Shown here: positions 42,248-55,414 of the stretch, piece by piece
How the letters are laid out: every line of letters starts with the position of its first letter
How positions within the stretch are numbered: position 1 is the first letter of the stretch
Source of the DNA: Callorhinchus milii
Lineage: Eukaryota
Assembly: GCF_018977255.1 (NCBI RefSeq)
Contig: NW_024704743.1
Span: forward strand, 23,934,001 to 23,998,000
Direction of reading: 5' to 3'
Length of the DNA: 64,000 nt
Position numbers and translations under genes: made by a program
The notes under the pieces: model-generated
The model's database searches: none
Told to the model about the DNA's origin: nothing
What the model saw: the letters and a program-made list of their open reading frames with translations, nothing else

Positions 42248-43185
42248 ACAATAGCAACAAATTGCAGTTATATATCGCGTTTCACATCAGGAGCAAGTCC
42301 TGTGGATTGGAGTCAAGAGGGGTAGAGGGCAAGAGGGGTGTGGAGTTGGGAGGACGACCAAAGGCATGGTGATACCAAGGCTTCAAGGAGATTGGGCTTG
42401 AAGGAGGTGAGGCAGGGGGACTCTGGGATGGAGCTCCAGATGGTGGGGGCAGAAAGGCTGAAGCCCCGATCCCCGATTGTGGAGCGGGCAGGGTGGGGAC
42501 ATGGATCAGGCTAGTGGCCACCAAGGGGAGAAAACAGACGGATTCGTAAAATTTTAGTAGGTTGCAGGGGTACAGAGGAGCAAGGTCATGGAGGACTTTG
42601 AAAGTGAGGACGAGGATCTTGAACTTGATCCTTTGGGGGATGGGAAGCCAGTGAAACCAAGTGAGGGAGGGGGTGATTGGCTCATGGAGCATGGTGTAGG
42701 AGAGGACATAGATGGCAGAGTTCTGAATAATCTGCAGTTTGTGGAAGAAAGAGTTGGGAAGTCCGGCGAGCAGGGAGTTAGCATAGTCAAACCTGGACGT
42801 AGCGGTCCTGAGGGGAGAGGCAATGGCAGAGCCGGACAATGTTGCGGAGGTGGGGGAAAGCAAAAGGGGTCATGGCATGTGGGGTTTAAAAAATAGCTGA
42901 GGGTCGAACAAGACACCAAGTTCCATGCTGACTCAATGAGGTGGAGTGTGCATCCATGAATAGTAATGCTGTCAGCGCCTGAGGTGAGGAAGCGCTGACA
43001 GGAGCTCATCATGAGAGCCTCAGTCTTTACAACATTCAACTGGAGAAAATTGGCTCTCGTCCAGGACTTGAAGTCTGACAGACAAGCAGTGATCCTGAAG
43101 TCGAAGATGGAGGCCGAGAAGTATCATTAGGTGTCATCTGCATACAGGGTGGAAGTTAACCTCATGCCTGCAGATTGTGTCACCA
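42248..43185 (-). mobile_element. L2-clade LINE 3' fragment, more decayed
   Basis: ORF 42282-42863 contains TSRFDYANSLLAGLP...KLQIIQNSA...HWLPIPQRIKFKIL. A YADD-type region lies near 43140. Confidence 0.9.
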
Positions 43186-43199
43186 CATGTTTTTCTTCT

Positions 43200-43980
43200 A
43201 AATAATATTAATTAAGATTCCTAAAAGGCCTACAGAATGAGCAGATAGGTGGCGAATAAAGTTTAAGTCTAAGTTCAATCGGGAAATATGAAGCGATTCA
43301 CTTTGGTAGGAAGAATGAAGAAGCCAACTGTGTCCTGAATGGTAGGAATCTGAGAGAGGGAAGATAAACAAGGGATCTGGGGATTCAGATTCACAGGAAC
43401 TCTAAAAGCCATAAATAATTCAAGTATAGTCCTTGGTTTTATGTTCAGAGGAATAGAGCATAAAAATAGGGAATTAATGCTAAATTTACATAAAACCGTG
43501 GTTAGACCACTTTTGGAGTACCGTGAGCAATTTAGGTTACCGCATTGTATAAGAGATATGATAGCAATTGAGAGAGTGCAATGTAATTTACAAGGATTTT
43601 ACCAGGAGTGAATGGATTCAACTATCAAGAATGATTGGACAGGTTGCAGATTTTCTCAAGAGTTGAGACGATTGAAAGGGGACCTGTTAGAAGGTGCTTA
43701 AAATCATGAAAGGATTTGATAGAGTGAATGTTGATAGGCTGTTTCCACTTGCTGGTGAGTCCAAAACTAGAACACATGAAAATAAGAGAGACAATACTAG
43801 ATTTAATGGGGAGTTTAAGAGGAGCTTTTTCATGCAGATGATGATGAAAATATGGAACTCACTGCTGAAAGCTGCAGTTGAAGGAAATAGCATCTGTGTA
43901 TTAAAGAGAAAATTTAATGTATTCATGAAGGAGAGGGGAATACAAGAGGAGATTAGGAGGGGTTGGGATACGTGTGAGTA
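43200..43980 (+). mobile_element. CR1-clade LINE ORF2 3' fragment
   Basis: Reads IEHKNRELMLNLHKTVVRPLLEY, then KIMKGFDRVNVDRLFPLAGESKTRTH...FF....KIWNSL...AVE, typical of the CR1 ORF2 C-terminus. It contains stops and frameshifts. Confidence 0.9.
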
Positions 43981-46074
43981 TAAACACTAGCCAGACTGGT
44001 TGGGCGTGTTTCATGGGGTAACACTCTCTGTAACAGATCACATACAAAAACAGTATTAAGCGAACAGTCAACATGAGTGCCAAGAATTCAGCATGAGTAC
44101 TGCACAAGTAACCACATGCAAATGTATGAAACCAATTTCATCGGGTAAGTCGGTGCTGAGTGTTGAGCTTTGGGGCCTGTTTAAGGTTATCAAAATGTAA
44201 TTAAGACATGTGTGTCAAAGATTGTAGTGACTATGTGTTGAGTATTGAGAGTGCAATGAAACATGCTGATAAAAAGCCTGTGTCAGACTGGCCTCGGTGC
44301 TGTTCATAGAATCAGGTCTCCGAATGCAACCTCAAATGTGATTCATCAATGCACTACTGGGACTAATGTCAATATGTACAGGAGTCACATTAATGGGATC
44401 TCCCGTTATAAGTTAGCAACAAAAAGATTGGCTTTTTAACGGTTGGCGTGTGATTGACCGTTGTGTGTATGAGAGCGAAACTGGAAAAGAGATGGAAAGC
44501 CAAGATATAAGGGAAAAAAGTGCGACTGGGAACAATTAGAGTTATCTCTTCCTTTCCGGGTGATAAAATAGTTTTACATCAGCAAGTCTTTGCACTTACC
44601 TTCACATTGGAAATGCAGCAACCTGTCCAGAAAACAGAGCTTTGAGATGGATGGAGTGGCGGTCTTACATATTATCCAAGAGCACTCATATAACAGAGTG
44701 TAGTTTCCCCAAAAGCAGATCAGTGCTCTGTCAGCTGACATCACAGAAGGAAGGCTGTTAGCTGCTTGAGAGCTCCACCAATGTGACAGAAATCTTAATA
44801 GCCATTTTAATTAAATTTAACTCAAGGGTACGATAAAACCAATGCTGCCTAGAGGTTCAGTGCTTTTGTGTGCTGAAATATTGCCCCTTGTCAGGCACCA
44901 GTGAGCTTGCACTTCAGGCACTGCAACAAACCATTGCTTATTTTCGCAACTTTTGGGTCCCCAGTGACAATAGAGTATGCAGATGGTGAAAATTGTGAGG
45001 TTTATGAAATCTCATAAATAAATGCTGTTGAGGAATTGGTAATCATTGGTGTAAGCTCTCCCCCCCCCCCCCAACTTTGTCACAAAATGGACTGTCAACT
45101 CCCAGTGGCAGCTTCAGTTGGGCTTTGGGCCCAACCATTGTGATAAAGTTGGGGGCGGTGACACACTGAGCCCATCGAAGGTTACTGAATTACTCAACCA
45201 CATATATCAATTATATAATAATACAGTAATAATAATAACCCTTACATTTGATGTTCGCCTTTCACGTCAGGATTACCGATTTTATTTGGGAGAATTATTG
45301 ACCAGGACACCAGGAGAAACTCCCTTCTCTTTTTGAATACAACTACAACAATAAAATTACATTTGTATAGCGCCTTTCATGTCAGGAGGATGTCCCAGGG
45401 TGCTGAATAGTGCTATGGGGTCTTTAACATCCATCTAAACAGGCTGACAGGACCTTGATTTAATGTCTTATATAAAGAACAGAACCTCCAGCAATGCAGT
45501 ATTATCCCCATTGAGAATGATCACATCAAATCTCACAATTTTCAACTTAGAACTTCTTAGATTTGATCTATTAAAAAAAGGTCAGGTCTGACCTCGATTT
45601 TGTGAATGTCAAATGCCCTATGTAGTTGATGACTTTTAAAGAGAGAATGATCACTTTCATCTGCACACGATATCACTTCTCTTGGCCTGAAACAGACAAT
45701 TGCAAACCAGGATTCGTTTCAGTTTCATCTTCATACTCCTTATATTTGATACAGCACCTTATACTGTACTGTGTACCACAAAGCCATGGCATGAATGACC
45801 AATTTTAATTGGGGGGTTTGTTTGTCAAGACACTAAGATAAATTCCCTTCTCTTTTCAAATAGTGTCATGGGATCTTTAATATCCACCTGAACACGCACA
45901 CAGAATCCCAGTTTAATATCTCATCTGAAAGATGGAGCCTCGGACAATGTAGCCCCAGCACTGCATTGGAGTGTCATCTTACATTATGTGGATTCCACGG
46001 CCCAATGTGGGGCTTAAACCCACAACCGTCTGACTCAGTGGTGAGAGCACTACCAACTGAGCCATTGAACAATA

Positions 46075-46365
46075 CAAATGTACTGCACAGAAGAAGGCCA
46101 TTTGGCCACTTGAGTGTGCCAACTCCCTCAAGAGCAATCCTTTCAGTCCCACTAAACTTCACTTTCCCCATATCCCTATAGCTGACTCTTTTTAAGGTAT
46201 TTGGTTCATTCTGAAATTAAATTATTGCCCTCTAGTAACTAACCCATCGACCACTGAAAATAATTTCTCCCTGTTGACTATCAAAACCTCTAATAATTTT
46301 AAAGAACTCTATCAGGTCACCTCTCAACCTCCTTTGTTCCAGCAGAAAAAGTCCCAGTTCCTTCA
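46075..46365 (-). mobile_element. CR1 fragment
   Basis: ORF 46232-46417 reads RLKELGLFLLEQRRLRGDLIEFFKIIRGFD. Confidence 0.85.
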
Positions 46366-46463
46366 GCCTCCACTCATCCCCGGTTTTATCCTCCGCGCCC
46401 CCCCCCCAACCCAACACGAAACCCTCTATCGCCTTGACATCTTTCCTAAAGTGAGTTAACCAT

Positions 46464-46775
46464 ATAATAATAATAATCCTTGCATTTGATATAGTGCCTT
46501 ATCACGTCTTCTAGACGTCTCAAAGCGCTTCACAGAATTTACTGTAAAGTGAATTGACTGTATATTTGTGGGCGAAACGTGGCAGCCAAATTGTGCACTC
46601 CAGTGTTCCAAAAACAGTCGTGGATTGAGTGACCAAATTATTATTGTTTTTTTTCTTGAGGGTTTATTATTAGGCGTATGGAGTAAGGAAACTTGCACAA
46701 GGTTTCACATTGCTAGGAATTGAACCCAGGTCTCTCGCTTGCAAAGCGAGTGCTCTAACCACTGAGCTACAGGAC
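46464..46775 (-). mobile_element. tRNA-headed SINE, short variant (part of composite unit A)
   Basis: Reverse complement of the 15294 family. Confidence 0.92.
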
Positions 46776-47524
46776 CAATACTGGACACGATATTCTAACT
46801 GCGGTCGAACTAACGAGTTATATACGTTTAGTATTACCTCTTTGCTTTCATATTCTAGATGCCTATTTATAGCATCTAAGAATCCTTTGTTCTTCTTGTT
46901 CTTCTTCCCATAGCCAACTAGTTACAAACTTGGTCAAGGCTCAGTGTAAACCAGCAACAATGTAAATTAATCCTGCTATTAAATATTTGATATTTAAAAT
47001 CACGGAAAATCTCCTTCATTTTCTAGTTTACATGGGGCAAGTGTAATTAATTAATGATTTCTTGTACATTCTTCTTGCCATTTTGTATAATTATAAAGCT
47101 CTGTTCAAAAGATTCCAATTACTAAGTGGTCACTTGTCCTTTGTTAGAGACAATTTTCACAGCCACCATTGCAGTGGCTGAGCTGCTCACTGAGTGCTGA
47201 TACCTTTGTGGAGTGATTCGCATTTCGCCCACAAATATACAGTCAATTCACTTTACAGCACATTCTGTGAAGCACTTTGAGACGTCAAGAAGACGTGAAA
47301 AGCGCTATATCAAATGCAATGATTATTATTATTATTATTAGCATGTGGAAATCCAAAGGTAGAAATTCTACCAGATCATGATTTACTCTACTTATGTATC
47401 TTTTCAGAGCATCCAAAATTTGGCAAATTCTTAAAACTCAGCCTTAATTTTGAACCCGGTTTTCTGAAACTTCCTTTAAAAACTACAGAAAACTGACTCG
47501 GTTTTTTGTTTGACTGTCTTTTGT

Positions 47525-47790
47525 ACCTCCACATTGGTGCTCTTACCCGCTCAGCCTTCCCTTACCTTCAAACCATCATCAGCCTCTGCTTCAGGCCACC
47601 AAGACCCTCATGCATGGCTTTCATTACTACTTCAATGTTCTGCTCGCCCATTCTTCCCCACACAGGCTGTAGGCTATCCAGAATTGTGTACCCCATATCC
47701 TCTCATGCACCAGGCTCTGGGAACCTATCACACCCATCCTCGCTCAGCTCTACTGGCTCCCCATCCCTCAGCGGTCGAGATCAAGATCCT
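47525..47790 (+). mobile_element. Decayed L2 fragment
   Basis: catgcatggctttcattact...ctctactggctccccatccctcagcggtcgagatcaagatcc aligns by eye to the L2 at 13280-13480. Confidence 0.7.
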
Positions 47791-49289
47791 AGAGAGCAAC
47801 CTGTACAACAACAATAACTGACTTATTCAGTATTAGTAAGTATCCAAACTAATGCTTGTGAATTGGGCTTGATGGATTAATGTGCTTTAAATAGAGTAAA
47901 ACAGTACGGAAACAGGCCATTCAACCCATGTAGTCCACACTCGTCTCCTAGTGCTGTGTGCAGGTTGTTTATCCTTTACAAGAAGTACCATTTCCATGTG
48001 TTTGAACCAGTCTTAGCCAAGCTGTTGCCTCAGATATTTATTGAGTTTATAGTTTTTTATTGCAACATTTTTTAAAAAGAGTTGCTGTTTTCTTTTCAAC
48101 GTGACTATACATGCTGCGAGACTGATTCCTTTTCCGGAAATATCAAAGTAATTCATCACATCTGACTTACTGCACTGATTTTCTGGATGGTTTCCCAGAC
48201 ACTATTTCACTTGCAGCAAATAAAATAAAGATAGTTATTGATGAAAGATGTCATAGATGAGTACTTATTCGTGATTAAATGGTTCTCCTGGTTCCTCCAA
48301 ACCTTCTCTTTATGATACAGCAACTTTATTTTTTTGTTTGTTTACTCACCATTATTAGATTTACTCTGTTCTCCTCTTTATGTGTCTGCTATGGTACTAC
48401 CGACAACAACAACAAATTATTTTTATATTGTGCTTTTCAAGACATGTTGCAAACAACAAGTAGACCAATTCTCAGAGTTGTTTTTGACCCAGCCTCTGGG
48501 AGATGATAGAGAGCAGTTTAACTGGCTCTCTGTTGCTTTACTTTCTCCACCCTGCCCTTGGTTGGCATCTTCACAGCATTGCATGATGGAAATTGGATCA
48601 ATATCTGTCAAAGCAGGGGATTAAGGGTTGCAGAGATAGTAACAGCTCTGTTTGACTATAATGGAGGTCAGGAAGGGAATAAAGGAACCTTGAGGTTAAG
48701 GGATGGACCAGGGAGGAGGAGAAGTCAATGACTGTGTAGTTATGCATGGGTTGTGGCAAGACAAGGCTTAATGGGCCAAACAGCTATTTGCTCATTCAAG
48801 GTTTTATGATGTTCTGACTGAGGGTGGGTACTTAGTAATGAGTGGAAATCTATAGTCTGTTCAGTGCATCAAAATAACTGACTTGAAATTGTTCAGGTTT
48901 CTTCAGCTGGAATGGATTGTGACCATTTGGGTAAATCTGCTGGTAGTTTGAGACCATCACTCATTCAATTCTGATTTCTGGGCACAAAGAGGTCTATCAT
49001 TTTGTCTCTCGTGTCTGGACCTCAGAGGTTCCTTTGTGACAATATTTCGATTTGGGAATCGGCAGTCAAAACTGTGAATATTGACTTTGTTAAATCAGTG
49101 TTGTGAAAACAGGATTGGATAATGGGGGCTTGATGTCAATCACAAGAGCTTCTGACTCACAGAGATTTGCGGGAGGAGGATGGACAATATAGAACCATAA
49201 AAATGGAGGAATAGGTGGCCATTCAACCTACTTTTTCATGTCAGTGTATGCACTTCCATAAGTATGCTCCTCCAATTCCCAGCTCTTTC

Positions 49290-49635
49290 CACATTTTTGT
49301 AGGTGAGCATGACAGCCAATTTGTGCACACCAATGCCCCACCAGCTACAATGAAATGAATGATCAATTTTTCAGGGGGACTCGGGATTATTGACCAGGCC
49401 AGCAGAAGAGATTCCATTCTCATTACAAGTAGTGTCATGGGATCTTTAATCTGAACAGGCAGACAGGACGTTGCTTTACCATCTCATTCAAAGGAAGGCA
49501 CCTCTGGCAATGCAGTGATTCCCCCCAGCACTTTACTGGAGTGTCAGCCTAAACTATAAACTGAAAGTTTCAACATGGAACCCACAACTTTCTGACTCAG
49601 AGGTGAGAGAGTGCTACCAACTGAACCAGGCTCAC
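49290..49635 (-). mobile_element. Long Deu-domain SINE
   Basis: Head complement cccacaactttctgactcagaggtgagagagtgctaccaactgaaccaggct. Further partial copies lie at about 440-668(+), 1175-1530(+), 30190-30380(-), 31595-31915(-), 33405-33760(+), 40560-40720(+), 45230-45510(-) and 45740-46062(-). Confidence 0.8.
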
Positions 49636-51056
49636 ATCCAATTTAAATGAGGATAAAGAGTCCTGCAAATATTCCTCCCCAATCCAAATTCACCTTGGAA
49701 AACTTTTAATTAATTGAACTGCTCATTTTGCTATTGTCTGTTCTGTTCTTGTTTTGGCATTTGACTATGTAACAGAGTTCCATTTCAAATGAAATTCATC
49801 CTCTGGTGCACTTCAATCGCTGTTGTCTAAACTAACAGGGACGGAACTGGGGAAAATGAGATGGACAGAAAGTAACCTGATATTCAAGTACATTTCTTAG
49901 TCTCCAAAATTGTTCTTCCGTAGCAGTTGAACAGAGACAAACTTCCAAACGCCTTGGAAATGTGCAAAATGGAAAAACTGAAAACTGAAATTGCAGGGTA
50001 TTCAAATGAAAATGTATCAGCTAACTACACTATAGAGCAAAACTCAAATACCAGCACTTCTGCTTTTTATTCCTCTGGTACTGCAATGCAGAATGCAATA
50101 TTAAAGATCACTTCTAAAGAAAAATTCTAAGTGGTCTCCATAGTGATCCCAACAATACCGCAATGAATCAGACGTGAAACGTACAATACAAATTTATATT
50201 TATATAGCGCCTTCCGTGGGAGGACCAAACAAGGTACTTAACAATCCTCACTTGGCATCTCACGGTGGAGTAGGGAGGAGAAAGATGAATGAAAACGCAG
50301 TCAAAAAGATGTATGTCTTGAGACAGACCTTGAATGAGGGGAGGGAGTTCACTCCCTCAGATTAAATGATGCACTTGTCCTGCATAGAGGCCTTTTGACA
50401 GTAAATCCTAACACCAAAGTGCTAATGACAATGGAGCTATCTCATCCAGTCTTTCTGTAAAGTTTATCTCAAACCACTTTCACTAATGGTATAAAAATAT
50501 AGGCTGATATTTTTATATCAGCCAGATATTGTAGCACCCATTCATGCAATTGTGGAAAGTCCTCTCTCAGGGGTAGGCACCAGCGATCATTTAGGAACAG
50601 AACACAAGGTCTGTGTTAACTGCCTTTTGAGGAAATAAAACTGTACGCAAACCAGTTAGTGTTCCTCTTCTTGCTTTGTGATGCTTTGTCGTACTTCACT
50701 GCCAAGCGGCTCAATGCAGTTTGGGGTTTTGTTGTTTGCCAGCTGTCTCCTACATGTGCTAAAACTAGTGTGCCTTGTCTTCAGGGACTTGGAAAGACGT
50801 ATTGAATTTCAGTCAGTAAAATATGCCCGAAGTGTTTGAGTGTTAAATTGATTGTAAGGCTTGATTGTAAGGCTGACTGGATTGGGCGATCAATGTGGCT
50901 GGGATGAAAAGAAAGCCTCCTTCAACCTCATGATGAAGGATATAATGGGTGAACGATTCGGACTGAGGGTAAAAGCATATTCTTCCCGAGGGGATGACAC
51001 TTGCTTCTGTTCCACATTAACCTTGCCCTCTTCTCTCTTTTTCCTTTTCCCTGAAG

Positions 51057-51315
51057 GCAAATACGCCATGCGTGATCTGGTCCACCGTCTCCCTGGAGGG
51101 AGCAGCAGTGGGAGTGGAGGAGGTGGTGGAGGTGGAGGTGTTGGCAACACTGGTACCAGCACGACCGTGAGCAAACCCATCTCTGATGAAACGATCACTG
51201 CCATTTGCTGCGCTTTGCATGAAGTCATCACTAAAAACATGGAAAATGCCAAGGCCTTACGAGATGCAGGCGGCATTGAGAAGCTGATCGGCATCGCGAA
51301 GAGTAAAGGAGACAA
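51057..51315 (+). CDS. CTNND2: Delta-catenin coding exon (5th), with a Gly/Ser-rich insertion
   Basis: Long polypyrimidine tract, acceptor ctgaAG, donor GTatgt. 259 nt, phase 1->2. Encodes (G)[85 protein letters not shown](K). Confidence 0.97.
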
Positions 51316-52941
51316 GTATGTAGCGGCTGGATCTGTTCGAGAGCAATGTTTTCCACTAGTTGCAGTGAAGTGGTGCACTTAACCCATTTTCTCTCAAACT
51401 GCCCCAGAATTACAGGAGAAACTCCACTTTGAAACCTCGGGACGTTTTGTTCTGTTCAAAATTCAGACAAAATTCACATATGTTCCAGGCAGTATTATGA
51501 ATGGAAATGCTTCAGAAGCTAAATTGAATGGTAGATTTTCAGAAATTCCACAGTCTCTTGTTTAGGTGACAAGGTCTTTGAGGAACAATCTGTAATATAA
51601 TAGAACCTTCTTTCAACGGTAGGAGGGGGTTCAAAATTGACTCTGCATTGCACCCATTGATTTATCATCCCTGGGGGAGAGGGTAACCTGCTCTTGGGCT
51701 TTTTAAGTCCTGTCTTAAAATCTGTATCGCAGGGTAGTCCCAAGAATCTACTAATGTGGGTGACAATAAATAATGAATGAAGAGTTATTGCATTTAGGGT
51801 ACACGTTATGAAAGCTTGGAAGTTTCATCCCAGTTTTTCAAAACAAATGCTAGGAGTCTACAGTCAACATGTTTAAAAAAAATTATAATAATAATACTTT
51901 GGTTACTCAATCCCCGACTGTTTGTGGGATACTGCTGTGCTTAATTGGCTGCCGCGTTTGGCTGACAAAATATATAATGAATTAATTTAGCAGAATTTTC
52001 TGTGAAGCACTTTGAGACGTCTCAACAGTGTGATATGTACTATATCAAATACAAGGAATATTATTATTATTACTTGAGGACAGGCCTGTATTGGGTAATC
52101 AACAGCTCAAGCAGATTGTTCGGAAGGGTAGTAGAAGCCAGGACAAGATTAAGAATGAGCTTGATGTTGTATTAGGAAGAAGGTAGGGTGCAAATTCTGC
52201 AAGTATGAGATCATGACACCCCTAGAAGGGGAATTTCTTTGAAAAGGACCATGAGGTCAGAGGAATATGCGGATAGATAGGGACGTTTCATCTGAGAGAA
52301 AGTTTGATTTTCAACAAATTGAGGAATTGAAAGTTTGGAACTGGTTTAAACTTTTAACTAATCCTTACTTATTGGCACCAATATAATGGGCACAATGTCT
52401 CACTTCCCAACATGGTGATGTGCTTGTCCAAAAGTCTGGGGTTGTGGAGTCCAACCCCTATCTAGTTGCTGAGGTCGATGGCCTTTTTTATTGGGAGCTG
52501 CACTGGGTAGAGTATCCAATGTGTCCGGACCTTAATTCATTTGTCGCCCCCTGTGCTTGGTCACTTTACTGAGCATTTGCTGTGCAGTTTTCTGTTAAGG
52601 TTCTGCATGAGTGCTGTGGCTGCTTGTTTTGCCGTTTTTCACAGCTTTCTGCAGAAGCTGACACACTGCTGAAGGAAACTAAAACTCGCTTGTACATCAC
52701 TGAACACTGGACACCTTCATCATGGTGATAAAAGAGCATCTATAAAAACTCAGCCGTGCACATCTGATCGAACTTTTACAGTCGAAAGGTTTTATTTTGA
52801 TGCTTTCTCATTTCAGAGCTGAAAGTAGCAATCTGGTTTCAAAGTAATTGCTATTGATTCATAGTAAACAAAACAAAAAACAGCCGTAGAGTATTTTCAC
52901 CCAAGTAAGTGCTGAAAGGGACTGGACACAATCACAGCAAA

Positions 52942-53105
52942 ACTAGTATTGTATTCTGCCAGTTCTGACGAAGGATCATGGGCCTGAAATGTTGATCCAC
53001 TTTCCTTTCTCCATAGATGCTGCCTGAGCTGCTGAATGTTCCCAGCGATCTCAGTTTTTGTTTCAGATTTCCAGCATCTGTAGTATTTTTTTTACTATTG
53101 TATTC
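52942..53105 (+). mobile_element. Second copy of the Penelope-type repeat, without the inverted left arm
   Basis: Aligns to 24418-24575 (actagtattg.attctg.ca.ttctga.gaagg...cactttcctttctccatagatgctgcctga.ctgctgaatgttcccagcga). Confidence 0.75.
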
Positions 53106-53466
53106 TACTGAGTTACCCCATAATCCCAAATGTTACGAAGCAAAATATGTGTAATCTTAACAAGAGGGACTTTTTAACATTGATTCCATTGTAAAAGAAA
53201 TATTGGATTTTAAAGATGTTGTGAAAAGATTTTCTTTAGTGTTACATGTAAGTTTAGACCCTCGATGTCCGATTGCTCCTTTGTCATCTTATTGTATTTG
53301 CCTCAACTCTTGTTTGGAGACTTTCAGATAGTGGACGTGTAGAAATCCCCCTTTTAACAAGATCACAAGATTAGTTTGGATGAAATGGCTCTTCAACCCT
53401 TCTGATCTCATCCATCTGGAATACACACCGTAATGTCCTCCCATCACAACATTAAGCTGTTTTTTA

Positions 53467-53805
53467 GTAATACAATAATAATAGTAATCCTTACATTTGA
53501 TAAAGCGCCACATCATTGATACAACTCAAAGTGCTTCACAGGGTATGCTGTAAAGTGTATTGACCGTATATTTTTGGGGCAAAATACGGCAGCCAATTGC
53601 ACACAGCGGTATCCCACAAACAATCATGGATTGAGTGACCAATTTTTTTTATTGAGTGATTATTATGCCCAGAAAGTGATCCGCCAATCGACTAACAACT
53701 GTGTTCCTACTTATTGCAAGGTAAACAGAGGTGTGTGTTGTAAGGAAATTTGCCTAAGGTTTTGCCCTGCCTGGAATTGAACCCAGGTCCTCCTGTTTGT
53801 GAAGT
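53467..53805 (-). mobile_element. tRNA-headed SINE, long variant
   Basis: Complement of the tail, Deu-like body and B box (ggaattgaacccagg). Confidence 0.85.
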
Positions 53806-53989
53806 GAAATTTTTAAATGAGTCTAGTGTCCTAGCCTCAGCCACCCATCCTAGCAACCTAATCATTAATTACCCACTGGGTATAGACTACTTCTTGGTGC
53901 CTACCTGACATTGCCCTTTGCAACTCTAAACTTATAACTTGTTGATCTACTGTCTTGGTGCATCCTAAGATAGTGTCCTGGTTTACTTT

Positions 53990-54335
53990 TTCAGTCTTAT
54001 TTAAAATGGTATACCCCTCTATAAGGTCATCTCTTAGATGTCTTCTCTCAAGACTGAAGAGCCCTAGCTTGTCTAATCATTGCTCATAGCAGAATACTCT
54101 TAACAGTGAGGATCATACATGTTGCTCTCCTCTGTACTCCTTCTGTGACCTGGACAGAGCTCTTATGTCTTGATGGCCAGAACTGTATGCAGTATTCTAG
54201 GTGCAGCCTAACAAGAGTACCATACAGCCTGAGTATGACTTCTTGGGATCTAAACTCAACCAATTTAGCAAAATAACCCACCATCCTGTTTACCTTATTT
54301 ATTGCTGCCTCACACTGTTTTAACATGGTGAGTCA
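53990..54335 (-). mobile_element. CR1 LINE fragment
   Basis: ORF 54084-54326 reads QCEAAINKVNRMVG...SQEVILRLYGTLVRLHLEYCIQFW. Confidence 0.9.
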
Positions 54336-55414
54336 ATTAACACCACTGGATCTCTTTCAACAACAACAACACTTAACACCACTGGATCTCTTTCAACAAC
54401 AACAACAAAATACATTTATGTAACGCCTTTCACGTCGGAAGGACGTCAGTTTTCCCCTTGGTGGAAATGGGGAACAGAGGGCTCTGCAGACATGTCATGG
54501 GTCAGTGACCAGCAGCTCTATGGATTAAAACAAAGTGCCCGGAGCTACTTGAGAGATATTAATACATGTACTAAAGATTTCATAAATTATGAGGAAAATG
54601 TTCAGTAGATTATATTTATGTGTACCTGAGGGGTGCATTTCTCCTTCCACACTCCTACACCTCAATCCAAATTTGTATCATTAAGTGTTGGCAAGTGCCG
54701 TAAGCATTTGAAATATCATTAATTGCCCCACTATAGGTTTGCAGGATGTATAATTCTTCATTGAGACATTAGATAAGAATATGTCGGTTCTGTGAGAATG
54801 CTGTCACAAATCAGCTGCTACAATCGCCTAAAAAATACACACTACAGTAAATCCTATGAAGTACGTTGAGACATTTTGACGATGTGATAAGGCATTATGT
54901 CAAATATAAAGATTATTACTGTTATTAATATTGAAGTACAGTTTGGTGGTGCATTGTCGTTTCTCCAAAAGCATGCATTAAGAATGCAAAAAGACAGCAA
55001 CAAGAAAACAAGAAACTATGTTTAGCTTGTAACTTTATCGTACATATTCTCTGGCAGCCAAGGGGACTGCATGTCAGCAATTTACACAGATACTTTCTCA
55101 GTATTGCAGTCACTGACAATCTAATAGAATAGGAAGGACAAGAAGTAGAAAAAACAAAATTAAATGTTAAAGCAGTGACATTCCCCGAGAAAGGTTTGAA
55201 CACTTTTTCTCCTCCCTAAAGCAGAAAGAGGAAACCTTCTTCTAAAATTGTGATCTTCTAACCTGGAAGTATCTTTGTTGTCAGAAACAGATGTATTTTG
55301 ATGCACTTGGTCATTGAAATGTGCTGTTCAGTGTTTCTGTAATTTGTGCACATCATATGCACACAGTTTTCAAACACAAATTCTGTCAGATAGTTAAGCT
55401 TTGAATGAGTCATT

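Noticed and set aside
50890..51378. 162-aa antisense ORF with poly-Pro
   Set aside because: It is the mirror of exon 5's GGN repeat and codon structure, with no independent evidence.
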